Source: a virus
Strand: one strand, 5' to 3'
Virus record (IMG/VR): IMGVR_UViG_3300042558_005646
DNA: 64,000 nucleotides
Below the pieces are notes generated by a model. It saw only the letters and a list, made by a program, of their open reading frames with translations. It was not told the DNA's origin and made no database searches. Shown here one piece after another: positions 16,522-24,923 of this stretch. The position numbers and the translations under genes were made by a program. How positions within the stretch are numbered: position 1 is the first letter of the stretch; each line of letters begins with the position of its first letter.

Positions 16522-19219
16522 TTGCATCTCCAGGTTTTTCAGAATCTAACTTATCAGATTTATCAAAGGGTGATCCTGTATTAACTTGATTTGGGCTTGT
16601 AGGTAATTTTGTCAATCCTGTGTTTGTTGGAAGCTTCATCATAGGAGAAATTTTGTCAGGATTTTTCAATAAATCCATTTTTTCATAATATTCTTTTCTA
16701 AGTTTATCCAAAGCTTGTTGTTCTTCTGACCTGATTTTACTAACTTGAGCTAAAATTCCATTTGGAGAAGCAATAATATTTGCCATAGGAATTCCTAATT
16801 TTTTCAAAGTGTTTAATTGTGTTTGTAGAGGTTTGAGTTTTTGCAGAAGTTGTCTTTTTCTCATCATGTGTTCTGCAATATTTTTCATGCTCGACCACTC
16901 AGCTTTCTTTGCTTGAATTTCAATAAGATCTTTTTCCAAAGCAGATAAAAGTCCGCTAGCTTGAGCTTGTTGAGCCTGATCAAGATTCTTAGTATTTTTC
17001 AAAGCATTTCTGAGTAAGTTAACATTAGCTTTGAACTGATTTTCAATTTGAGTGCAGAAATTTAAGAAATCTTTGAGTTTTGCTTGAAAGTCTACTGGCA
17101 AATCTCCAACTGTTGTTTCAGGCTGTCTTGGATTACCTGTTTGAACTGCTTGAGATTCTGCAGCTTGTAAATTATCTTCCTTAATACGAAGCTGCTCCAT
17201 GAAGTAAGTTCTTTGAACTGCAAATCTACCAAAAGCTGAAGCATCAGCATCTGAAATTCCCAGCGCAATCATTGTCTCTCTATTATTAGATAAAATTAAT
17301 TTACCTTGGTCTGTAAGGTTTCCATTGTTGTCAAAGAACATAGAACTCTGAGGAGCGTTTCCACCTACTATGTTAAGCTCTAAGAATACTTGTATCAATG
17401 TATTTTTAAGGCCAATTACTACAGGTCCTATCAATTTAATCAAGCTGTCCCAATCAGATTCAGCTAACACAGCCGCTGCTCTTGGTGCTAGTATAAATGT
17501 TGCTATTACAGTACCTACAGAAACAATTATATTTACAGCTTGAGTTATCTTGGCTGTTAATTCGTCTCCGCCAGGTCTAGTAATACCTTGCTGTGGGCTT
17601 TTTTGAGATTTCTTCACAAGACTGAAAGAATTTTGATTTGTATTTCCATTTTTCAATGAAATATCTTGATTATATGCAGTTTTTGACTGACCAGACAATG
17701 AAACAATGATATTGCTGAATACGTTTTCTAAATCTTGAGTTGTCAACTTTCCTTGAATAATTAACTGGTATATTTTTTTAATACCATTTATCAACGAATT
17801 GAAAAAATTTGTTATCTTGGTAATAATTCCTTTCAATTTAAGTTTATTTAAAACATTAGTAATGCTATTAAGTGTATCAGTTGCTGTTTTACCTATACTA
17901 TCTAAAATTTGCTTGACAAAATTTCCAGCAAGTTGAAGTTCTTGGGGAGTGGGTTTATTTGCTGCTGGAGCTGTTGCAGCAGCTGGAGCTGTTTGCGCAT
18001 AAATATGTCTTGTAATATCTGGACTAGCTAATTTTAAAAATCTATATTGCTCATTAGAAAAGGGTTGTCTTCCCTCATTTTGAGTAGGAAATACGTTCTC
18101 TCTTTCAATTTGTTGTTCTGGATAAGTAATTCTTGGATTAGTAGGATTAGATTCTGCGCCAAAAATTGAATTGAGTTGATTTAATAATATACCACCAGCT
18201 TTTAAATCATAGAACATGTCTTTAAGAGCTCTATACAAAGGATTGCTCAGTAGTAATTTGAAACCAGGACCAATAAAATTTATAAGCATTTTTTCTAACT
18301 GAAGATTCATTTCTTCAGTTTTCATCATGTCATAGATAGCTCTTTGCATGTTGACTTTTTCTTGTGCATTTCTTAGAGCATCTCTGCTTTTCTGGAATCG
18401 TCTTCTTATTTCTTCATCTTGATCAGGAAGGCTTGCTTGTGAAAGCATAATTAAGTTATTGAAAACTAATTGTGAATCTGGATCTTTTGATAAATAACCA
18501 AGATTAACTTTTGGTTGTTTACCAGCTACAGCATCTCCTAAGACGGAAAAAATATCTACAGTGGGATTTAATTTTTGATATTCACAAGCTAACTCAATAA
18601 TTCTCTTTGTATTGGCGCCTTGAAGTTTTTGACCATAATGAGCTAAGTAAAAATTTATTAAATCTTTTACTTTTGCATAACAAGATCTTGATTGCTGGAT
18701 ACAAAATTCTAAGATTCCAATAGTTTCTGTGAAAGGAAGTTTTAATTCATCAAGAAATCTGTAAAAAACTTCTCCTATATCTTTGTCAGACATATGAGGT
18801 TTTAATCTTGCAATTATCTGATCCTTTTGAGAAAGAAATGGCGCATAAGCTTCAGCTCCTTCACCAACTCTTTCGGCTCCTCCAGTCAAGTAATCAGTAA
18901 TCATGCTAGCTGGATCATTTCCAGAACTAGAAGAACTTGATCCTGATGATGGTGTTGAAATTTTCTTAGTAAATTCAAACATCTTTTCAGGATCACTAAG
19001 TATAGTTTTGACTTCAGGATGATTCATGATAGATTTTTTATCAGCTTCATTTGCGGCTTTGGCCAAAGCTTTTAAAATGTCATCAACCGTATTATATGTT
19101 CCAGCAGTAACCATTCTTTTTTCAAGAATCATTCCACTTGTAACAATATTAATATTATTATTGTCAATATTTTCAGTTGTAATAGAAGCTGTTATGCTAT
19201 CATTGAATACAAATTTCAT
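16514..19219 (-). CDS. About 901-aa helical/coiled-coil protein with a hydrophobic segment; possible internal head/ejection protein
   Basis: ORF track 16514..19273; start moved to MKFVFND (19219) just after the upstream stop. Q/K/L-rich helices; hydrophobic AVNIIVSVGTVIATFILAPRAAAVLA segment. Confidence 0.65.
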   Translation of the reverse strand: MKFVFNDSITASITTENIDNNNINIVTSGMILEKRMVTAGTYNTVDDILKALAKAANEADKKSIMNHPEVKTILSDPEKMFEFTKKISTPSSGSSSSSSGNDPASMITDYLTGGAERVGEGAEAYAPFLSQKDQIIARLKPHMSDKDIGEVFYRFLDELKLPFTETIGILEFCIQQSRSCYAKVKDLINFYLAHYGQKLQGANTKRIIELACEYQKLNPTVDIFSVLGDAVAGKQPKVNLGYLSKDPDSQLVFNNLIMLSQASLPDQDEEIRRRFQKSRDALRNAQEKVNMQRAIYDMMKTEEMNLQLEKMLINFIGPGFKLLLSNPLYRALKDMFYDLKAGGILLNQLNSIFGAESNPTNPRITYPEQQIERENVFPTQNEGRQPFSNEQYRFLKLASPDITRHIYAQTAPAAATAPAANKPTPQELQLAGNFVKQILDSIGKTATDTLNSITNVLNKLKLKGIITKITNFFNSLINGIKKIYQLIIQGKLTTQDLENVFSNIIVSLSGQSKTAYNQDISLKNGNTNQNSFSLVKKSQKSPQQGITRPGGDELTAKITQAVNIIVSVGTVIATFILAPRAAAVLAESDWDSLIKLIGPVVIGLKNTLIQVFLELNIVGGNAPQSSMFFDNNGNLTDQGKLILSNNRETMIALGISDADASAFGRFAVQRTYFMEQLRIKEDNLQAAESQAVQTGNPRQPETTVGDLPVDFQAKLKDFLNFCTQIENQFKANVNLLRNALKNTKNLDQAQQAQASGLLSALEKDLIEIQAKKAEWSSMKNIAEHMMRKRQLLQKLKPLQTQLNTLKKLGIPMANIIASPNGILAQVSKIRSEEQQALDKLRKEYYEKMDLLKNPDKISPMMKLPTNTGLTKLPTSPNQVNTGSPFDKSDKLDSEKPGDANV

Positions 19220-19224
19220 AAAGT

Positions 19225-19401
19225 TTATTCTGCTTTTGTAATTTTGAATGTAGATGTTGAACAGTGAGGACATTTACCTTGAAGTGCATGTCTACTACTT
19301 TTCATTACAATTTTCTTTGGTGCTGTAACCATAACCATAGTTCTGCACTTTACACAATACATATGATGTGTGGTTCCTGCGTTTGTAATTTCTGAACTCA
19401 T
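19225..19401 (-). CDS. Small zinc-ribbon protein, DUF5679-like, 58 aa
   Basis: YCVKCR...MKSSRHALQGKCPHCSTSTFKI pattern; TAAAGGAG SD upstream of ATG 19401. Confidence 0.75.
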   Translation of the reverse strand: MSSEITNAGTTHHMYCVKCRTMVMVTAPKKIVMKSSRHALQGKCPHCSTSTFKITKAE

Positions 19402-19478
19402 TTTTAGAGACTCCTTTAATAAGATTTCAAAAAGTATTGTACAAATACCTTTAAACTCTGAACAATTTATAAGCAAAT

Positions 19479-19823
19479 ATGCCTAGATACGAATACTTGT
19501 GCGAATGTGAAACTGAACCTAAAACATTCACAATTTCTCTTTCCTTTAATGATTACCAACCTGTAATTCCTTGTCCTTGTGGCAAAGGAGAAGCAAAAAG
19601 ACTTTTTAACACTTTTTCTGTTCAAGAAGGATTGACTGCTAAAGAAAAACAGTTTGGCACATCAGTCAAAAGAAAGCAAATGAGTGATTTTGTCAAGGAA
19701 CAAAAATCAATAAGAAAAGCTTCTTATGATCCCAATTCGAGAGAATCTAAATCAAATGAGAATTGGACGGGAAAAGAAGGTTTGGACGGTATAACATCAT
19801 TACCAATAAACAAAAAGGATTGA
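19479..19823 (+). CDS. FmdB-family-like zinc-ribbon protein, 114 aa
   Basis: N-terminal MPRYEYLCEC...F...S..D...IPCPCG...AKRLF, typical of FmdB regulatory zinc ribbons. Confidence 0.7.
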   Translation: MPRYEYLCECETEPKTFTISLSFNDYQPVIPCPCGKGEAKRLFNTFSVQEGLTAKEKQFGTSVKRKQMSDFVKEQKSIRKASYDPNSRESKSNENWTGKEGLDGITSLPINKKD

Positions 19824-19827
19824 AAAA

Positions 19828-20616
19828 ATGAATGAGAGCGTAAATCAAGAGCCAGAATCATTTATAGTGCAGAATGTTACTCTTGGTCCACACTATGTAA
19901 GTGATATTAGATTAAATTTTGGACCATTGCAAGCTATTGACCTTACTTGGGAAGACCCAAAAGTAGTAAAAGCTTCAAAAGATCTAAGAAATTCAATTAG
20001 ATTGGGATTATTGAAGAAAATTTCTCCTGAACAATTTGATAATATTGAAGAAAAAGCAGCTATTAAGGGTAAGAAAGAATTACTCAAACAACAGAATAAC
20101 AATAATCTTAGAACTGTTGATGTAGATGGAAAAACTATTGAAGCTGAAAGCATTGATGCAGAAAAAGCATATGCAAATAAAGAAAATTCTGTGACCACTG
20201 CAGGATATGCCAATGACTCTCTTTCTTATGCTATGGCACTTGATATTGCGCAAACCCAAGCTCAACTTCAAGGAGATGATTTATCAGTCGAAGAGTTCGC
20301 TGAAAGAGTTCAGAAAAACCCTGCTATCATCAATCACCTCTTAGCACAACAAAAAAACTTGGATGCTAATAGTTCAGTATCTGGAGTAGAAACCAGAGGA
20401 CGTGCATTTGTTGCTGAACCTCCTGGAGATGCAGTTAGAGGATCTACAGTAAGAGAAGTTGAGATGACAAACTACAATCGAGATAGAAGAGTAGCTGGAG
20501 CAGACTTCAATTATCTTGACACTCCAGAAGATGACGGCTACGATTCAATTGCAGATGCTATTGATTTAGAAGCAGATATGGCAGATGGAGAAGAGGGCTC
20601 AATCAGAAGAGTTTAG
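19828..20616 (+). CDS. Hypothetical protein, 262 aa (acidic C-terminus, probable virion-associated)
   Basis: ORF with AAGGA-type SD, followed by a terminator; no recognisable catalytic motif. Confidence 0.75.
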   Translation: MNESVNQEPESFIVQNVTLGPHYVSDIRLNFGPLQAIDLTWEDPKVVKASKDLRNSIRLGLLKKISPEQFDNIEEKAAIKGKKELLKQQNNNNLRTVDVDGKTIEAESIDAEKAYANKENSVTTAGYANDSLSYAMALDIAQTQAQLQGDDLSVEEFAERVQKNPAIINHLLAQQKNLDANSSVSGVETRGRAFVAEPPGDAVRGSTVREVEMTNYNRDRRVAGADFNYLDTPEDDGYDSIADAIDLEADMADGEEGSIRRV

Positions 20617-20634
20617 AAAATTTAATCTAGACTG

Positions 20635-20672
20635 AATAAAGGCTATCCAGTCGGATGGCCTTTATTTTTTTT
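20635..20672 (+). terminator. Rho-independent terminator
   Basis: AATAAAGGCTATCC-agtc-GGATGGCCTTTATT stem (one G:U) followed by a T run, 19 nt after the 262-aa gene stop. Confidence 0.75.
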
Positions 20673-20681
20673 GGAGAAATT

Positions 20682-21791
20682 ATGGCAAACGATTTTTCGG
20701 CTCAATCATTTACAAATAGTACGTTAGTTTACTACAACACACAACCATCATATCCTGGAATATTCATTGAATGGGAAAGAACTGGTGCAGAAAATGTTGC
20801 CTTTTACAAGATTCAAAAAAGTTCAAACTTTGAAGGCACATACACTACAATAGCAACAGTAGATTATCCCACAAACGAAGGGGTTGACACTAATGGTTCT
20901 CCTTCAGATTATTACAGAATCCAAGAAGTAGATTCTAACGGAAATGTACTCTCTACATCTTCACCAATGCTAGGAGATGAATTACTCGTAAAAAGCTCTT
21001 TAAGATATGAATTAGAGCACCTTTTGAACATTCCTATCTATGATGAAGAAGTAATTTTTAGAAGAAGTAGAAGTGTTGGATCTGTAGCCTTTCCTTTTTG
21101 GAATTCAGTACCAAAACCAGAAGTTAGAATTAGTGGGCCATCAAACCAAGGCGATAGAGATCCAATGATTCAATTGTCAGAAACAGTTCCAATTTATTCA
21201 ACTATCAATACAACATTTGATCCTATTATCAAAAATAGAGATGGTTATGAATCTCAATACACTAATGGAAACAATTATCCAGATGGTTTGAGAGTCAAAT
21301 ATGACTTTATGGGAAATATCTATTTTATTGACGCAAATGGCGATCCTGTAGAAATTCATAGCTATGACAATGTGTTAGTTTCATACAGCATAAAAATGAT
21401 TACAAATGACCATATGAATTCTAGTCTTTACATGGCATTACAAGCAATAAATTCACAACCTGGTGCAAGTAAATACAGAACAGTATCAGCAGCACCTTAT
21501 TTTTATGACCCAGCTTTAGTCTATGGAGCAGCATATTATATATTGAGAAGTCTGCTTACAAGTCTTACGAACAGGCAAAGAAGATTACTTATTGAAGATC
21601 CAGATGCAAGGATTACAGATGATATAAGGCAATCAGCTACTATGTACAAAGAAGATTTTGAAAAGATGTTAGAAAAATTACCAATTGCTACATACCCAGG
21701 AATAAGAGCCGTTGTTGTACCAGAGTTTAATATGCCAGGAGGAAGAAGTAGATTTTTCAGATATATCTGGAATATTGGTACTGGAGGGTAA
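20682..21791 (+). CDS. Putative head-tail connector/neck protein with N-terminal FN3/Ig-like domain, 369 aa
   Basis: Start moved to MANDFS (GGAG SD at 20673). N-terminal IEW...FYKIQKS...YYRIQEVD is FN3-like; C-terminal MALQAIN..P...LVYGAAYYIL is helical and adaptor-like. Confidence 0.5.
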   Translation: MANDFSAQSFTNSTLVYYNTQPSYPGIFIEWERTGAENVAFYKIQKSSNFEGTYTTIATVDYPTNEGVDTNGSPSDYYRIQEVDSNGNVLSTSSPMLGDELLVKSSLRYELEHLLNIPIYDEEVIFRRSRSVGSVAFPFWNSVPKPEVRISGPSNQGDRDPMIQLSETVPIYSTINTTFDPIIKNRDGYESQYTNGNNYPDGLRVKYDFMGNIYFIDANGDPVEIHSYDNVLVSYSIKMITNDHMNSSLYMALQAINSQPGASKYRTVSAAPYFYDPALVYGAAYYILRSLLTSLTNRQRRLLIEDPDARITDDIRQSATMYKEDFEKMLEKLPIATYPGIRAVVVPEFNMPGGRSRFFRYIWNIGTGG

Positions 21792-21941
21792 TTTGTTTAT
21801 TTGCTTAATGTAGCAAATATTTAATTTAAAATTTTAATTAATAAATTTCTTAATTAAAATATCTTTTAATATAATCTTTAATATTAAATCTTAATTCCCA
21901 TTATTAATGGGTGTAAAAAAACAGAAAGATAAAGGGTGGAA

Positions 21942-22358
21942 ATGATGAACAGAGTGATAAAGGTATTGGACGACATCAAGACAAGAGTAGCACAAGTAAA
22001 CCCAGAATTGAGCGACAAGATTAATAATGCAGTCTTTGATATGGGTGAAAGTGATTCTTTGATGGATGAAGGATCACTAAACAGAGATGTAAGTCCAAAA
22101 ATAGAATCTTTCGCTAGACCAAGACCAAACGTGTCTGTAGTTGGAGACGATGGAACAGTGCATAGTTTTGCCGTAGAAATCAAAGCAAAGCACAATGGAC
22201 CAATTCCAGATACACAGCTTATGTCTAAAATTCTTCAAGCAGTCGAAGATCATTCAGGAAACACAAGAGATTTTGCAGCTGGAGATGCTCCTGAATCAAA
22301 TTCTTTTGAGGTAGTTAGCTTCAAATACGAAAGAAGAGACGACAAAAAGAAGCAATAG
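21942..22358 (+). CDS. Hypothetical protein, 138 aa
   Basis: ORF track 21936 (GTG); ATG 21942 preferred, with AAGGGTGG upstream. Confidence 0.7.
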   Translation: MMNRVIKVLDDIKTRVAQVNPELSDKINNAVFDMGESDSLMDEGSLNRDVSPKIESFARPRPNVSVVGDDGTVHSFAVEIKAKHNGPIPDTQLMSKILQAVEDHSGNTRDFAAGDAPESNSFEVVSFKYERRDDKKKQ

Positions 22359-22362
22359 ACTG

Positions 22363-22377
22363 TAAAATTATTTCATG
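22363..22377 (+). promoter_or_regulatory. Putative -10 box for leaderless transcript (TAAAAT-N6-ATG)
   Basis: TAAAAT (22363-22368) tatttc ATG (22375); no SD. Confidence 0.45.
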
Positions 22378-22923
22378 GACGAAGATCAGATCAAGGCTCT
22401 CAGAGCATCATTTACAAACCCTCATCGAGAAGATTTGCCCAAGCCTAAAGTAAATAAGTTTGGGCATACAGTGCTTGGAGATGAAATGGAAATGTCTGAT
22501 CAAGAAATTGAACTCAAAATCGATGAATCTGGGGCATTAAGCGCTGAACCAAAGCAAAGTCTTTTTGATAGTCCAAAATTTCAAAAATGGGCAGAAAATC
22601 AACCTATATTGAAGACTTCTGAGCGTGAAGAACAAGTGTTGGAAGCTCAAGTGGAAGAAAAAAGTTCAATAGTTCCAAATACAGTCAATATTGCAGATTT
22701 GATTTCTGAACTTGACGAGATGGATGGCACTACTGAACGTAAGCAAATTGAAAAGCGTCAAATGAAAAATTGTGCAAATGAAAAATGCTTATATGCTTTG
22801 CCAATTGATGCTAAATTTTGTTTGAAATGCGGCACTGCTCAATTAGCTAAGTTCTGTATAGAATGTGGTTTTCAGTTTTTAGCAATGGAGAAGTTTTGCC
22901 CTGATTGTGGGAATAAAAGATAG
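22375..22923 (+). CDS. Double-zinc-ribbon (DZR) domain protein, 182 aa
   Basis: C-terminal CANEKC...AKFCLKCG...KFCIECG...EKFCPDCG. Confidence 0.8.
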   Translation: MDEDQIKALRASFTNPHREDLPKPKVNKFGHTVLGDEMEMSDQEIELKIDESGALSAEPKQSLFDSPKFQKWAENQPILKTSEREEQVLEAQVEEKSSIVPNTVNIADLISELDEMDGTTERKQIEKRQMKNCANEKCLYALPIDAKFCLKCGTAQLAKFCIECGFQFLAMEKFCPDCGNKR

Positions 22924-22957
22924 GTAAAGGACTTCGATACCTAGTATTTTCTTTATT

Positions 22958-23638
22958 ATGGAACGCTCTTGGTATCATATAGCAAAAGAATGCACTGCCT
23001 TACGTAAAAATGTCTTAAGAATAGATTTATGTATCTTTATTGATGAAGAAAAAGCATTTTCAAATGAAGATTACTTAAACTCAACAATCAAATCAATTCT
23101 TACTTCAGCTATAATTAATGGCTTAGACATTGTGGGAATATTGTCTCCTAGAAGTCCAGCGGTAGGCCTGAGAGCAAAACAAATGGCAATTGAACAACAA
23201 ATGGATATCAATGTTGTTCCTGGTCAGACATACATTTGTACTGGTAAAGAAGAATTATATATTTACAATTTGGCAAAACCCGTACCAGCAAATTTATCAA
23301 TAGACAAAGCTTGTGGATACGTGCATGACAACAATGGTTTTGTATTAGCCACAAATGTTAATTCAAAATTGGGACAAGTCTTAAGCAAACTTCAAGGCAG
23401 CAAGTTTGCTCCTGATGGAGTAGAAATTTTTAATGCTAAATCTGGTGGATATAGAGATATCGATATTGATTTTCCTAGATTTGTAAATTCTGGATCAACT
23501 TCAGCAGCAGATTTAGATGATTCAAATGTTTTTTCTCTTTTACCAAGAAAAACAGCTCAAGAAATGGGATTGATACAGGGAGATCAAGGTATTGATTATA
23601 CTCCCAAATATTTAAAGCCGAACACAGGAGTAGTATAA
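22958..23638 (+). CDS. PHP-fold protein, apparently catalytically degenerate, 226 aa
   Basis: PHP motifs in the correct order but with metal ligands replaced: IDLCIF (DLHxH), GLDIVGILSPR (GLDxIAITDH), VVPGQT (PGxE), GFVLATN (AHP), DGVEIFN, SGSTSA (GSDAH). Confidence 0.6.
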   Translation: MERSWYHIAKECTALRKNVLRIDLCIFIDEEKAFSNEDYLNSTIKSILTSAIINGLDIVGILSPRSPAVGLRAKQMAIEQQMDINVVPGQTYICTGKEELYIYNLAKPVPANLSIDKACGYVHDNNGFVLATNVNSKLGQVLSKLQGSKFAPDGVEIFNAKSGGYRDIDIDFPRFVNSGSTSAADLDDSNVFSLLPRKTAQEMGLIQGDQGIDYTPKYLKPNTGVV

Positions 23639-24132
23639 TGCCACGTTCTTATTGCACAACTAATGATGTCAAACAATACCTTCCACCAAATGTAGTTACA
23701 GAAGGTGACAATCCAATTCCAAACTTTAGAAATCCTACTCCAGAATCAGCATCAAATATTGATTTAGATTTCTTCATTCAACAAGCTTCTGCAGAAATTG
23801 ATGCAAATTTGGCAACTATGTATGATGTTCCATTGAAGCAAGTCAATATTGGTGGAGACGTTTCATATCCACACCCTGTGCCAGTTATTTGCGCAATTCT
23901 GTCTGCACAAATGTACTATATGCAAGCATTACAGGGTGCTGATCCTCAATACTCTGAAGCGCAAAAATCAAGATTTGATTTTGCACAAAATGAAATTGTA
24001 AGAATTCAAAATGGTGAAATCAGATTATTTGGTCAAAGAAATACTCGTGGAGATAGATTTGTAAGATCTACTTTAAGGGGTGTTGTCAGCAATCCTACAG
24101 AAGGCAAAAGATCAAAGGGTCAAAATCAATAG
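23638..24132 (+). CDS. Head-tail adaptor, Mu gp36/DUF1320-like, 164 aa
   Basis: YCTTNDVKQYL...IQQASAEIDANLATMYDVPL...ICAILSA..Y...RFDFAQNEIVRIQNGEIRL pattern. Confidence 0.7.
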   Translation: MPRSYCTTNDVKQYLPPNVVTEGDNPIPNFRNPTPESASNIDLDFFIQQASAEIDANLATMYDVPLKQVNIGGDVSYPHPVPVICAILSAQMYYMQALQGADPQYSEAQKSRFDFAQNEIVRIQNGEIRLFGQRNTRGDRFVRSTLRGVVSNPTEGKRSKGQNQ

Positions 24133-24141
24133 GTGAAATAA

Positions 24142-24918
24142 ATGCTTGAAAGAGTTTATGATACTTTGAGGGGCATATTATTTTACGAATTGCCAAAAAA
24201 TGCCAAAGGCGAAGCAGTAATATTTGATCGTCCAGTTTCAGGATTTTATATAGGTGAAGCTGCAGTAAGACCAAATGCAATTTCAGTTATTTTTAAAGGT
24301 GCAAGTTCTCCATTAAAAGATATATCCTTTGGGCTTCAAGAATTTGAACATAATGTGAGCATCGAAGTAAATGTTGGTGCTGACAATATCGAAACAACTG
24401 AGAGAGTAACTCAAGAAGCTACAAGAATAATCCTTTCTATATTAAGAAAACATAGAAGAATTTGGGTTGTAGATATGTGTCCTATTTGTGAAAAATTTAC
24501 ATTAACTCCAGCTCACTTTGTAGCAGACCATAACCCAATCCTAAGTTCTTATGTAACAACAGTTACAAATGAATTTAATACATTGTGGTCAGAAACTCAC
24601 CCAGCTTCAGTTGCAGCACCAGCACTTCCTGATTCAGGCAAATCAGCAGAAGCTTTTATCAGAATGTATAACGATGTAGGAGTTGGAACTACTGTAGCAA
24701 ATTTACCTACAAAAGCTAGAAATAACATCTTAAGGATGCAAGCAGATAGCGTTGAACCTATACGAATGCTTTATGATGTAATTTGCAACGATAATAAGTC
24801 TTCTGATGATGCAACTGGTAAACAACTTTTTAGAAGCGGAAATATTACAATCACTGCGAAAGAACTTGTAAGACAAATTTATTTTGGTCCAGATAATGTT
24901 CCTACAACAGCCTATTAA
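24142..24918 (+). CDS. Putative tail terminator/completion protein with internal CxxC..H..H insertion, 258 aa
   Basis: Follows the adaptor gene (AGGTG SD). N-terminal/C-terminal alpha-beta pattern (VSIEV...RIILSILR...FRSGNITIT) interrupted by CPICEKFTLTPAHFVADH. Confidence 0.45.
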   Translation: MLERVYDTLRGILFYELPKNAKGEAVIFDRPVSGFYIGEAAVRPNAISVIFKGASSPLKDISFGLQEFEHNVSIEVNVGADNIETTERVTQEATRIILSILRKHRRIWVVDMCPICEKFTLTPAHFVADHNPILSSYVTTVTNEFNTLWSETHPASVAAPALPDSGKSAEAFIRMYNDVGVGTTVANLPTKARNNILRMQADSVEPIRMLYDVICNDNKSSDDATGKQLFRSGNITITAKELVRQIYFGPDNVPTTAY

Positions 24919-24923
24919 ACACA

